Positions 1 to 8,901 of a stretch of DNA of 13,653 bases are shown piece by piece (position 1 is the stretch's first letter; each line of letters opens with the position of its first letter). The stretch is from Oligoflexus sp. Lineage in GTDB: Bacteria > Bdellovibrionota_B > Oligoflexia > Oligoflexales > Oligoflexaceae. Location: positions 1-13,653 of the forward strand of contig JBGSTX010000057.1 in NCBI GenBank assembly GCA_041736305.1, read 5' to 3'. A program made the position numbers and the translations under genes. The notes under the pieces were generated by a model. The model did not search any database. It saw only the letters and a list, made by a program, of their open reading frames with translations, and had not been told where the DNA came from.

Positions 1-1
1 G

Positions 2-1429
2 AGGATCTGTCTTTGGCCCTATACGGAGACTCTGGAAATCCCCGTTTATGCAAAAACCCTAGAACCTGTAGCCCAGGCCAGCTCCACTGACCCTACACCT
101 ACTCCTGCACGTGGGCTAGCCGACCTAAGTTCAAGCGCTGATGGTCTAGGGCAGGACGTCATCTCAAGTGAAAGCACTAACGCGAGCCTTAGCCTCGAAG
201 AACGCTACGCAGAGAAGCTGAAAGGGGGCAAGTTGCCCTTTGCTATCGTCCTACTCGTCGTCCTTTTGGGGGGCATCGCCACCAACCTCACACCCTGCGT
301 CTTCCCCATGATCCCTATCACTATCCGACTGCTTGGCAAACAGGGACATCGACCTCTAGCTGCCTCGCTCGTTTACGCCAGCGGCATCGTCGTGACTTAT
401 ACCAGTCTCGGACTCGTGGCCTCCTTAAGCGGTGGTATATTTGGCTCCTTGCTGGCAAATCCCCTCGTCAACATAGCCTTCGGCGTTCTGTTTGTGATTC
501 TCGGCCTGACGATGCTCGGCTTCGGTGATCTCAGTAAGCTGCAGAACATCGGCGCTCAACTCGGGGCCGGCCAAGCTTCTTATCTCAACGCTTTCGGCAT
601 GGGCGCCGGGGCAGGACTGGTGGCGGCCCCTTGCACGGGCCCCATCATGGGCGCTCTGCTCGCCTACGCCACAGGGCTCGGATCGACTTCCCAGTCCGTA
701 CTGCTCTTTTTCCTCTACAGTCTCGGTTTTGCTCTTCCCTACGTCTTTCTAGGTATGGCCGCGAATCGCGTCGCTGCTTTCCGGGTCGGCCCGCGCGTTC
801 AGGTCGGCGTCAAGATCTTCTTTGCTGCAGCCATGTTTGCATTGGCGGCCTACTATCTCAAGAATCCGGCCCACACAGCTCTCCTAGCTCTCACGGGCTA
901 CTGGAGTGGAGGGGCGGTCGCTCTTCTTCTCTTAGCTGTGGTCCTCATCTGGATCGTGCTGCGACATCCGCATCTCATCCATATGCGCAGTGCCTACCTC
1001 CTTCCAGCCTTGGTCCTAGGACTTGGACTCTTTGCTGGGATTCAGTGGGCCAATGGCGCTGATATCAAAGCGCAGCTGCAGTGGATCAAAAATGACGAGG
1101 AAGGCTTTGCGGTCGCGAAGGCACAAAACAAACCTATTCTGATTGATGGCTGGGCGGACTGGTGCGTCGCCTGCAAAAAAATGGATCAGACGACTTTTGT
1201 CGATCCGACGATCATTTCCCTACTGCAAGACGATTGGGTCTTGGTTAAGCTCGACTTCACCGAAATCAATGACGCCACGGAAGCTCTTGGAGAAAAGTAC
1301 GGAATGCCCGGCCTGCCGACTTTGGTCATGGTTCCCAGCAACGGCGATCTCACCCAGAGCAAATCGCTCGTCGGTTATATTGCAGCCGAACGTTTGCAAG
1401 AGGAACTACGGGCATTTAAAGGGAAGTAA
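2..1429 (+). CDS. dsbD: Thiol:disulfide interchange protein DsbD, 5'-truncated by the window (end of N-terminal domain, linker, TM domain, thioredoxin domain)
   Basis: The frame is open from base 2 (RICLWPYTETLEIPV...) through the track's TTG at 233 to TAA at 1427-1429. It has the membrane Cys pair LTPCVFP and AAPCTGP, multiple TM helices, and a C-terminal thioredoxin motif WADWCVACK with cis-Pro GLPT. ICLWP resembles the second Cys of the DsbD N-domain (C-Y-P-P type). Confidence 0.9.
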   Translation, partial: RICLWPYTETLEIPVYAKTLEPVAQASSTDPTPTPARGLADLSSSADGLGQDVISSESTNASLSLEERYAEKLKGGKLPFAIVLLVVLLGGIATNLTPCVFPMIPITIRLLGKQGHRPLAASLVYASGIVVTYTSLGLVASLSGGIFGSLLANPLVNIAFGVLFVILGLTMLGFGDLSKLQNIGAQLGAGQASYLNAFGMGAGAGLVAAPCTGPIMGALLAYATGLGSTSQSVLLFFLYSLGFALPYVFLGMAANRVAAFRVGPRVQVGVKIFFAAAMFALAAYYLKNPAHTALLALTGYWSGGAVALLLLAVVLIWIVLRHPHLIHMRSAYLLPALVLGLGLFAGIQWANGADIKAQLQWIKNDEEGFAVAKAQNKPILIDGWADWCVACKKMDQTTFVDPTIISLLQDDWVLVKLDFTEINDATEALGEKYGMPGLPTLVMVPSNGDLTQSKSLVGYIAAERLQEELRAFKGK

Positions 1430-1432
1430 TAC

Positions 1433-2986
1433 ATGCGGCAACATCTGCTCTACGTCATGGCGCCTTCACGGCTTCACGATATCAGCGGCGCACTCGAGCG
1501 CCTGCACGCCAAGCGGCTCCCCGATGATGGCCCGCTGACGCTCAACTATGAAGTCGATCACCGGCTTCTTAAGGGCATCACTCTCCACGTTTACCTGCTC
1601 GCTGATCTCGATGGCGTATCGCCCGTCCTCCGGCAGCATCCTATCGACCTTCTCGTCTATGATGAGCGAGGCTTCGACGCAATTGAAGCGCTTCAAGCCG
1701 TCCAGCACATCGCTCGCGATGTGACTTTGCTCTCTCAGCTCTGGGGCCCTGACTTTCAATTTCCGCTCTCGCGTATAGTCGCCGTCTTGAAGCAGGGTCC
1801 CGATTCGGAGCACAGAATCTTTGCCTTGGGACGTCTCAATGTGCGCGATGTGATCGTCGAGCCGAAGAAGACGGCACTCATGCTGCGCTGGCTGCGCGAA
1901 GTTCTCTACGCTGGCATCCTCCGTGAAAACAAGGTGGGGCTCGCTCTCAGCGGTGGGGCGATGGAGGGCCTCCTTTATCAAGCAGGCACTGTCCTGGCCC
2001 TGCAGCATGCTTTTACCGGACGCAGCGTCTACGATGTCGACGTGATTTCGGGGATCAGCAGTGGCAGCATCGTCGGTTGCTGCGTAGCCAATCAGATCGA
2101 TATAGGTGAAATAGTCCGCAGTCTCCTCGACCTTCCTTCACGCTACCCAGCCTTTAAATTATCAGCTCTCTTCGATCTGGCGAGCTTCAATATCGTTAAG
2201 CGTTTCGTCATGACTTCGCTTCGCATGCACAAAGTCAAGCCAAGCCAGTGGCTGGAAGCGACTCTCGAGTCGATACCGACCGGCTTTTTCAAAGGCGATA
2301 AGCTCGAAGCCTACTTTCATGAACTCTTCTCTATGCATGGGCTCGGTGACAGTTTCGAAGATATCAAGGCTCGGCTTTTCATCGGCGCAACCGACCAAGA
2401 CACCTTCGATCATGTGACCCTCGGCCGCAGCCCACTCGATAAAATGTCGATCAGCGCGGCCCTCCGCGCATCCTGCTCTCTACCGCCCCTCTTTACCCCC
2501 AAAGCTATCGAAGACCGCTGGTATATCGATGGCCAGGTAACCAAGAGTTGCAACCTCGAAGCTGTGGTTGAAGAAGGGGCTCGCCTGATTTTCGTGATCG
2601 ACCCTATGCGCCCCTTCCGCGCGACGGTCGCGGGCACCTCCGATGTCAAAGGGGGCTACTACGGCCTCGTGCAGACGGTAAAAGCCCTGGTATCCACCCG
2701 CTTCGAAGCGGCACTTCGCGCCGTAAGCGAACAGTATCCCGATGTCGATTTCATCGTTTTTCAGCCAGATGAAGAATGCGCTCGGCTCATGGCGGGGTCC
2801 CCCCTGAAAGCTCGACTGCGCACGGAAGTGATCGAAGTAGCTTTCCAGAGCACCTTACGGCGCCTGCGGGAAAGGCATCGCGTCTATACAGCAAAAACCA
2901 GTCGCTACGGCTTTAACTTGAAGAGCATCGAAGCTCTGCGTAAGCTCGAGACCAGTTATAAGGACTTGATTCGCATCAGTTCCTAG
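1433..2986 (+). CDS. Patatin-like phospholipase with N-terminal degenerate receiver-like domain
   Basis: Patatin motifs: oxyanion LALSGGAMEG, nucleophile elbow GISSG, ASCSLPPLFTP, and catalytic Asp in YIDGQ (DGG variant). ATG lies 3 nt after the dsbD stop, with purine-rich AAGGGAAG upstream. Confidence 0.88.
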   Translation: MRQHLLYVMAPSRLHDISGALERLHAKRLPDDGPLTLNYEVDHRLLKGITLHVYLLADLDGVSPVLRQHPIDLLVYDERGFDAIEALQAVQHIARDVTLLSQLWGPDFQFPLSRIVAVLKQGPDSEHRIFALGRLNVRDVIVEPKKTALMLRWLREVLYAGILRENKVGLALSGGAMEGLLYQAGTVLALQHAFTGRSVYDVDVISGISSGSIVGCCVANQIDIGEIVRSLLDLPSRYPAFKLSALFDLASFNIVKRFVMTSLRMHKVKPSQWLEATLESIPTGFFKGDKLEAYFHELFSMHGLGDSFEDIKARLFIGATDQDTFDHVTLGRSPLDKMSISAALRASCSLPPLFTPKAIEDRWYIDGQVTKSCNLEAVVEEGARLIFVIDPMRPFRATVAGTSDVKGGYYGLVQTVKALVSTRFEAALRAVSEQYPDVDFIVFQPDEECARLMAGSPLKARLRTEVIEVAFQSTLRRLRERHRVYTAKTSRYGFNLKSIEALRKLETSYKDLIRISS

Positions 2987-3008
2987 CAAAGATTAAATTA
3001 GGATTCCT

Positions 3009-3668
3009 ATGCAAACGCAGCTCACCCTCTATCAATACTGGCGTTCTTCCTGTTCTTGGCGCGTCCGCTGGGTCCTCGCCCTGAAAAATTTGAGCTATCA
3101 GTCTGTCCCGATCAACTTACTGAAAAACGAACAAGACTCCCCCGCTTATCTAGCAAAAAACCCGGCCGGACTCTTGCCTTGTCTTGAAGTCAACGGCAAG
3201 GTGCTGGTCGAGTCCTTGGCCATCATTGAATGGCTAGAGGAAACCTATCCACAGAATCCAATTCTCCCGCGGGAGAGCTGGGACCGAGCGAAGGTCAGGG
3301 AGATTGCTCTGACAATTGCAGCGGGAATACAGCCCCTCCAGAATCTACGGGTGCAGCGTCACCACTCCGAAGATCCCAAGGAGCGTGAACTCTGGAGTCG
3401 TTATTTTATTGAGAAGGGACTCAAGCTCGTGGAGGGTCAACTGGAACGGATTGAAAAAGAGAAGGCTAGTCTAGGCCGCTACTGCTACGGCGACAGTCTC
3501 ACCCTCGCCGATATTTTTCTGATACCGCAGGTCTACAACGCCAAACGCTTTGCGGTGGATTTTAAGGAGCTGCCGCGCTGTGCGGCCGTCTATGAGCACT
3601 GCCTCTCGGAGCCAGCCTGTGCCGCCTCATCTCCCGAGCGACAGCCAGACGCTCCTCCTTCCGCCTAA
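3009..3668 (+). CDS. maiA: Maleylacetoacetate isomerase / glutathione S-transferase zeta class
   Basis: Zeta-class signature YWRSSCSWRVR, plus NPAGLLP, ESLAIIEWLEE, GIQPLQNL, LADIFLIPQVYNAKRF and terminal PERQPDAP. SD-like AGGA at 3000-3003. Confidence 0.9.
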   Translation: MQTQLTLYQYWRSSCSWRVRWVLALKNLSYQSVPINLLKNEQDSPAYLAKNPAGLLPCLEVNGKVLVESLAIIEWLEETYPQNPILPRESWDRAKVREIALTIAAGIQPLQNLRVQRHHSEDPKERELWSRYFIEKGLKLVEGQLERIEKEKASLGRYCYGDSLTLADIFLIPQVYNAKRFAVDFKELPRCAAVYEHCLSEPACAASSPERQPDAPPSA

Positions 3669-3676
3669 CGACTCCG

Positions 3677-6043
3677 TTAGGGAACTGAGGTCGCCTGGTA
3701 AAGATTCGCCTTATGGTCGGCCAGCATGCGAGGCAAGAGGCCTTCAAAGAGGGGGATCGATACGTTCGCGCCTTCGTACCAGCGCTTATAGTAGAAGTAG
3801 TTGCGCATCACGAGCTTCACGTAAGAGCGCGTCTCGCGATAGGGGATGCGTTCGATGAAGAGAACCATATCGCTGCTTTCGATGTTCTGAATCCAGCGTT
3901 CCGTAGCCCTCGGATTGGCGTTGTAGCTCGTAAGGACGAAGACCGGATTCTTGTACTTCTGAAAGAGTCGATGCACGTGCTGAACGCCGAGAGCTATGTT
4001 GGTCTCGGGATCGTTGAGAACCGACTCATTCTTGTGTACCGAGGAGATCGATTGCTTTATGTCGCCATGTACGTAGTCGGAGCGGAGAGCTTTCGCCTCC
4101 AAGCGAGCGGTTTCAGGCATCAGCTGCATGAGGCCCCTCGCTCCTACCGGTGACTGCGCTTTGGGATTGAAAACGCTTTCCTGGCGAATGATAGCGTTCA
4201 CATAACTGGGATCGATATCGAGCTTCTCTGCGTACTGATGGACGAGAGGAGTATAGGTCCGTGGAAAGAGCACGCGTTCCATGCCGCGAGGCAGGGTTAT
4301 GCGAAACGACTTCGGTAAATTTTGATAGATGCGAACCGCACCCAACCAGTCGCCCGCCGCATATTGAAAAATAGCCTTAGCCAGCTGACGGTTGGTATCG
4401 CTGTCCTGGATAGGAATTTCCTTAATCTCGCAGGCCGCGTCTTCTCTCATTCCTAAGAGAAGCAATTTTTCGGCACGCTCAAGCACGGAGCGGTCCTGAG
4501 TCGCGAACTCTCTGAAGAGGTCGTCGCGGTTGAACAGTGGAGTCTCGATAGGCGGTAGAAAGTAGCGTTTCTTGTTCATTTTCTCGAGAGCATACTGTCC
4601 CAAAGCCCCGTAGAAAGTTGAATAGAACTCCTGAGCAAGACGGCTCCAGTAGAACTCGGCGCGAGGTCGATCGTTCTTCTCGAAGTAGGTCTTCCCAGCC
4701 CAGTAAAGAGCCATCGGCAAGTTGGTGCCATCGCGATTATCAGAAGTTTTAGGTGCCTCCCGCTCTATCATCTGCAGAGCGTAGGCTAGAGCGTCATCGT
4801 TGCGTTTGAGCAGAGTCGATAGCACGATGAGAGAGGCGGCCGCCTGATTGCTTTGCTCGGTCTCAGGATAGAGCTCGATATAGAGGCGATATTTTTCTAT
4901 AGCTTCGACGAACTCCCCTTCGTTTTCGCTGACCCGAGCATAGGTAAAGAGAGTATCGGCATGGACTTCAGGAAAATCCTTTTCAGAAGCGAGCAGGAGA
5001 ACACTGAAGATTTTCCTGGCTTCCTTAAACTCGTTGCGGCCCCAGTAAATCAGCCCGAGGCGACGTTGCGCTAAGGACTCGCCTTTGAAGCCATAAGTTT
5101 CGCGCAGAGGGCCCTCGAGTTCTTGCCAAAAAGCCAGACGCGCCTTATCACCGCGAGAGCGCCAGCAGGATTCGAGTTTAGTCGCGACCGCTTCGACGAA
5201 AGGAAGCTGCTGCTTATTGCTATCCTCGCGCATCCCTTTGAGAAGGCTCTTGGTTGCTTCCTGACACTGCTCTTTTCCCCCCATTTTTTCGGCGAGGTAA
5301 ATGGAACCCAAAGCGCTCTTTATGTTTGCGCCTTCGCCAGGATCATCTAAGAGACCAGGATTGTCGTTGACGAGCCGCGGGAAGGGCTGGATAGCAGCTG
5401 CCAGCTCTTTCCTTAAATCCTTTAGTGTCTCTGCACTCATGCCGGTGAGCAGGGCCCGCAGGGCCTCCTCACGGAAGCCGAGTGAATTGAAACCCCGGAA
5501 CAGGTTGATGTAGCGCTTGGCCTCGTCTGCTTTTATTGACTGACGATCCTGAGTACGCAGATCGGCGAGGAGAGCCCTCTTGCGCGGGCAGCTCGCTCCT
5601 GTGTTTTCGAGCAATAGCTCTTTAGCCAGCTCTCGATCTTTAGTATCGACCTGAGCCCCATCGACGATGGCTTGTAGAAGATAAGGTAAGAGGACGTCAT
5701 TGGCCCAAGTCTGATCTTTGGCTTTGATTTTTTGCAAGGCTTCACGGGCTATATCGCGTTCGTTCTGGCCGCTTTGAGCACGCTTCAGTTGCAAGAGGGT
5801 GCGGCTGCCTGGACTCAGCTTCTGCACTGCTGCCTGAAACTCAGCGTCGCTGAGAGCTATTGGCGATTTGCCTTCGTAAATTTCCTGAAGCCACTTATCC
5901 AGCTGAGGGTCAGTTTGATTGACCCCCTGCTTGAACTCACGCATCAACTGCGCTTCGGGAGAAGTTTGAGACAAAGCTATTTGACTCAAGTCACCGAGAC
6001 TAAAAAGCGCTGCAAGAACGAGCTGTCGGGACACTCGAAACAT
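3677..6043 (-). CDS. Slt70-like soluble lytic transglycosylase with TPR/helical N-terminal region
   Basis: The C-terminal SLT domain has IIRQESVFNP (catalytic Glu, codon 4178-4180), GARGLMQLMP, SYNANP and FIERIPYRETRSYVK. TPR-like repeats occupy the middle and a signal-peptide-like segment the N-terminus. The start is uncertain because no clear SD is present. Confidence 0.9.
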   Translation of the reverse strand: MFRVSRQLVLAALFSLGDLSQIALSQTSPEAQLMREFKQGVNQTDPQLDKWLQEIYEGKSPIALSDAEFQAAVQKLSPGSRTLLQLKRAQSGQNERDIAREALQKIKAKDQTWANDVLLPYLLQAIVDGAQVDTKDRELAKELLLENTGASCPRKRALLADLRTQDRQSIKADEAKRYINLFRGFNSLGFREEALRALLTGMSAETLKDLRKELAAAIQPFPRLVNDNPGLLDDPGEGANIKSALGSIYLAEKMGGKEQCQEATKSLLKGMREDSNKQQLPFVEAVATKLESCWRSRGDKARLAFWQELEGPLRETYGFKGESLAQRRLGLIYWGRNEFKEARKIFSVLLLASEKDFPEVHADTLFTYARVSENEGEFVEAIEKYRLYIELYPETEQSNQAAASLIVLSTLLKRNDDALAYALQMIEREAPKTSDNRDGTNLPMALYWAGKTYFEKNDRPRAEFYWSRLAQEFYSTFYGALGQYALEKMNKKRYFLPPIETPLFNRDDLFREFATQDRSVLERAEKLLLLGMREDAACEIKEIPIQDSDTNRQLAKAIFQYAAGDWLGAVRIYQNLPKSFRITLPRGMERVLFPRTYTPLVHQYAEKLDIDPSYVNAIIRQESVFNPKAQSPVGARGLMQLMPETARLEAKALRSDYVHGDIKQSISSVHKNESVLNDPETNIALGVQHVHRLFQKYKNPVFVLTSYNANPRATERWIQNIESSDMVLFIERIPYRETRSYVKLVMRNYFYYKRWYEGANVSIPLFEGLLPRMLADHKANLYQATSVP

Positions 6044-6089
6044 ATGTTTTGACCGGAGATGGGAGTAAATGGGGGTGGACCTTAACGCT

Positions 6090-6119
6090 AGTCTACCACG
6101 ACCGTTTATGCAGATTAAA
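6090..6119 (-). promoter_or_regulatory. Putative sigma70 promoter (extended -10) for the slt gene
   Basis: The minus strand has TG-G-TAGACT (-10 at 6095-6090) and a weak -35 (TTAATC/TTTAAT) 17-18 bp upstream. It sits between the bat terminator and the slt start. Confidence 0.35.
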
Positions 6120-6160
6120 GGCGAGAATGAGATGCTTTTTCTAAGTCTGACGAGAGAAAC

Positions 6161-6194
6161 AAAAAAAAACCAGGAATCAGTCGAAGACTCCTGG
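6161..6194 (-). terminator. Rho-independent terminator of the S8-moxR-bat operon
   Basis: The minus strand reads CCAGG-AGTC-TTC-GACT-(GATT bulge)-CCTGG followed by T9, about 30 nt after the batE stop. Confidence 0.7.
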
Positions 6195-6223
6195 ACTTAT
6201 GAATTTCTAACTTTGCTCTATTT

Positions 6224-7066
6224 CTAAGGGAGAGAGGCTTTGGCGTTTTCAGGGGGGCTCGTCTTCACGGCTCGATGGTAAAGCCGCAGAGAGCTACCAA
6301 AGACAACGACTTGATCGCGCTGGATCCAGCCCGTCTTCTGATCCGAGAGTCCGATCTTGAGCCAGTCACCACTCGACTCCAAAACAGCGAAGGGAGCCCC
6401 TTCGTGTAATTTAAAGATCTGTACTGCGCTCTTCCCTGTCGGGCTAGAATATGCAGCCAGTTCATTGGCTTGTACGGCCCCCCAATCCTGCTGCCACTCG
6501 ACTTTAGCCCAGAGATTCCCAGCTAGATAGAGGCAGAGGACGCTCAAGGGTACGAGAAATGTCAGGAGGCGCGGAAGCGTTTCGCGTCGCCGCAAGAGCC
6601 AGGTCCCACCAAAGCTGAGCAGCAGTACGCTGCCTACGCTCAGATAGAGGAGTTCGCGTTGCGACAACTGTTCGCTGATGAGAAGATTTTGCCAAGAGCG
6701 AGGAGGCATGCGGGCTTCGAGCTTATCGGTGGCCTTGGCAAGAAGGAAAGCCAGATTGAACTTGAAGTCAGGATCCCGCGGCTTCAGCTGAAGAGCCTTC
6801 AGATAGGCTGCCACCGCTGCCCCTATCTCACCATTTCTATAAAGACTGGCACCTAGATTATGATAGAGACTAGCATTGCTAGGATTCTCGTCTATGAGCT
6901 GCAGATATATATCAGCGGCAGCCGCAAACTCACCTTTTTGATAGCGCGACGCCGCTTCTTCGGCCCGGGGTGCGCTCCATACTTTGCTCGGAAGCAATAA
7001 AAGCAGAACAAATCCCCAGCAAAAGCGGAAATATCGACAAGATTTCTGCGATGGGGCTTCTAGCAT
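6224..7066 (-). CDS. batE: BatE-like protein (TPR + TM hairpin + SH3b-like domain)
   Basis: Signal peptide, TPR (LYHNLGASLYRNGEIGAAVAAYLKALQLKPRDPDFKFNL), two TM segments, and SH3b-like FKLHEG...WLKIGLSDQKTGWI. The start overlaps the batD stop (ATGCTAG), which is the canonical position. Confidence 0.82.
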   Translation of the reverse strand: MLEAPSQKSCRYFRFCWGFVLLLLLPSKVWSAPRAEEAASRYQKGEFAAAADIYLQLIDENPSNASLYHNLGASLYRNGEIGAAVAAYLKALQLKPRDPDFKFNLAFLLAKATDKLEARMPPRSWQNLLISEQLSQRELLYLSVGSVLLLSFGGTWLLRRRETLPRLLTFLVPLSVLCLYLAGNLWAKVEWQQDWGAVQANELAAYSSPTGKSAVQIFKLHEGAPFAVLESSGDWLKIGLSDQKTGWIQRDQVVVFGSSLRLYHRAVKTSPPENAKASLP

Positions 7067-8901
7067 TGCTTATCGACCTCTTGCATCAGCTGCTGGGCAT
7101 TCTGCAGAAAAGTTTCGAGAGTCTGATTACTCGGCACATCTGGAGCGTAAAGCACCCGGTCGAGGCCTAGCCATAGTGCCCGGATGCTGTCTTGCGAAGC
7201 TGCTGCTATTTTTCGCTCTTCCAGACAAACGAGGGCATCACCGAGGGTGAGGCTAGAGCTCCTAAGCCCGAACTTCGAGCTGAAATAGGCTTTGAGAGCG
7301 TTGTGGGCTTGGAGGGCAGCGGCTTTGCTCTGGGCTTGCCGGAGCTGCTCCTGAGCGCCTTGCATCGCTTTTAAATAGCGGCTGAGAGCTTCTTTGCGTT
7401 GCCGCAGCAGCTCTCGCTCCTCGCGACCGTCCTGCCGTTTTTCTCGCCAGAGAGTCGAAGTGAGTAGAATCAGCCCACCGAGACTCAGTAAACCACCCGT
7501 GCCCCATTCGAGAGGACTAGGTAGCGCGCTGCTTTCCAATCGTGAAGGCGCATGCGGTTCCACCAGATCCTCACCCAAAGTTTCGACTTCTTTAGCCTGA
7601 GACCGGGCTTCTTCTTTCGCCGCAGCGGGAGGCTCTTGAGCTGCGAGAGCCTGCGTATCCGCTGGAGCCTGGGCATTGCCTTCGACTTCGACTTCCCCTA
7701 GCTCAGTGAGGATATCTTTGTACTGTCCGCTATCGGCATCAAAAACCTGCAGGCTGAGCTTCCCGAGATTCAGTTTACCGCTTTTTGCAGGTACGACCGC
7801 GTATTTGAGGACTCGCTGCCCCGCAACGCCCCGACTCAGATCGAGCTGGTCGAGCGACTGCGGTTTGTCGCGATAGATTTTTGCCTTGTCGCCTAATTTA
7901 AGCTCGGGATCAGCCATACCCGCCGTCGCACCATCGCTCGTAAGAGTGAGAGTCACGGTCACCGTCTCGCCGACCTTGATCTCTCGCTTCGAGACTTCGG
8001 ACTTGATTTCGATATTGCGACCCACCAGTCCAGTGAAGTCAGCGCGTCGACCTTCTAAGGGGAGCGCGACGACCTCGATCTCTGCCGGAGGGCTGCGAAA
8101 GCGCTTGCTTACGACTTCTGTGGGAGTCATCCAATCGTCCAACCAAGAGCGTGAGCGTCGCCGGGGCGCCCCACCTATCTTGGCATTCAGAATCGCGGGA
8201 TCGATGGTATATTTACCCTCTTTGCCTGGAGTGAGAATGCTATTCAGCTCGGTCACGGCATACTCTTGACCGTCGATAGTCCGCGTAAAGTTCTTCTGAT
8301 CGTCTATATTTTTTACCTGGAAAGTGTCGGGATAGGTAATCTCGGGTTCGGCGCCGAAGAATTTCACGCGATGGAAGATCGCTACCGTCGCTACGAGGGG
8401 CTCGCCGACATAGACTTTGCTGCGGGTAAAGCGGCGCTCGATGAAAACCGGCTGCTCGGCGCTTCCCTGCGCATCGTTCCCTCCCCCTCCTCCGGCAGCA
8501 CCGGGACCGCTGCTGGCAACGTCTTCAACTTTGAGATCGAGGGCTAAAGTCTCTTGCCAGGCCCCATCGAGTTTGACCCGAAGCGGCGGAATCTGGAAGG
8601 TACCGGCTTTTTGTGGCACCAGCACATATTGATACTGCACTTCGCGAGAGAACTTGCCATTGATGATCGACACGCTTTGACTGGTTCCCGTTCGCTGTAC
8701 GTCGAGACCTTCGATCTTGGGAAACTCCGGCTCACCGTCCATACTGCCTTGAACGGATAGCGTATAGACGAACTGGTCTTCGATGCTTCCCACCGCCTTG
8801 TCCAACTCGCCCGTAACGGTCCCAGCTCGGGCTAATCCGTAGCAGCTGAAGAAGAGAAAGAAGGCCGCGAAGCGAGCGGTCCACTTACCAATTTTTGCCA
8901 T
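7060..8901 (-). CDS. batD: BatD family protein
   Basis: Signal peptide; BatD-type beta-rich repeats (SQSVSIINGK, LVPQKAGTFQIPP, KVYVGEP, FTGLVG, IKVGETVTVTL); one C-terminal TM followed by a helical domain. Overlaps the batC end by 17 nt. Confidence 0.88.
   Translation of the reverse strand: MAKIGKWTARFAAFFLFFSCYGLARAGTVTGELDKAVGSIEDQFVYTLSVQGSMDGEPEFPKIEGLDVQRTGTSQSVSIINGKFSREVQYQYVLVPQKAGTFQIPPLRVKLDGAWQETLALDLKVEDVASSGPGAAGGGGGNDAQGSAEQPVFIERRFTRSKVYVGEPLVATVAIFHRVKFFGAEPEITYPDTFQVKNIDDQKNFTRTIDGQEYAVTELNSILTPGKEGKYTIDPAILNAKIGGAPRRRSRSWLDDWMTPTEVVSKRFRSPPAEIEVVALPLEGRRADFTGLVGRNIEIKSEVSKREIKVGETVTVTLTLTSDGATAGMADPELKLGDKAKIYRDKPQSLDQLDLSRGVAGQRVLKYAVVPAKSGKLNLGKLSLQVFDADSGQYKDILTELGEVEVEGNAQAPADTQALAAQEPPAAAKEEARSQAKEVETLGEDLVEPHAPSRLESSALPSPLEWGTGGLLSLGGLILLTSTLWREKRQDGREERELLRQRKEALSRYLKAMQGAQEQLRQAQSKAAALQAHNALKAYFSSKFGLRSSSLTLGDALVCLEERKIAAASQDSIRALWLGLDRVLYAPDVPSNQTLETFLQNAQQLMQEVDKQC

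Noticed and set aside
1433..2986. Patatin as a CBASS CapV-like effector
   Set aside because: No CD-NTase, Cap2/Cap3 or other defence genes nearby. The context and composition are housekeeping-like.
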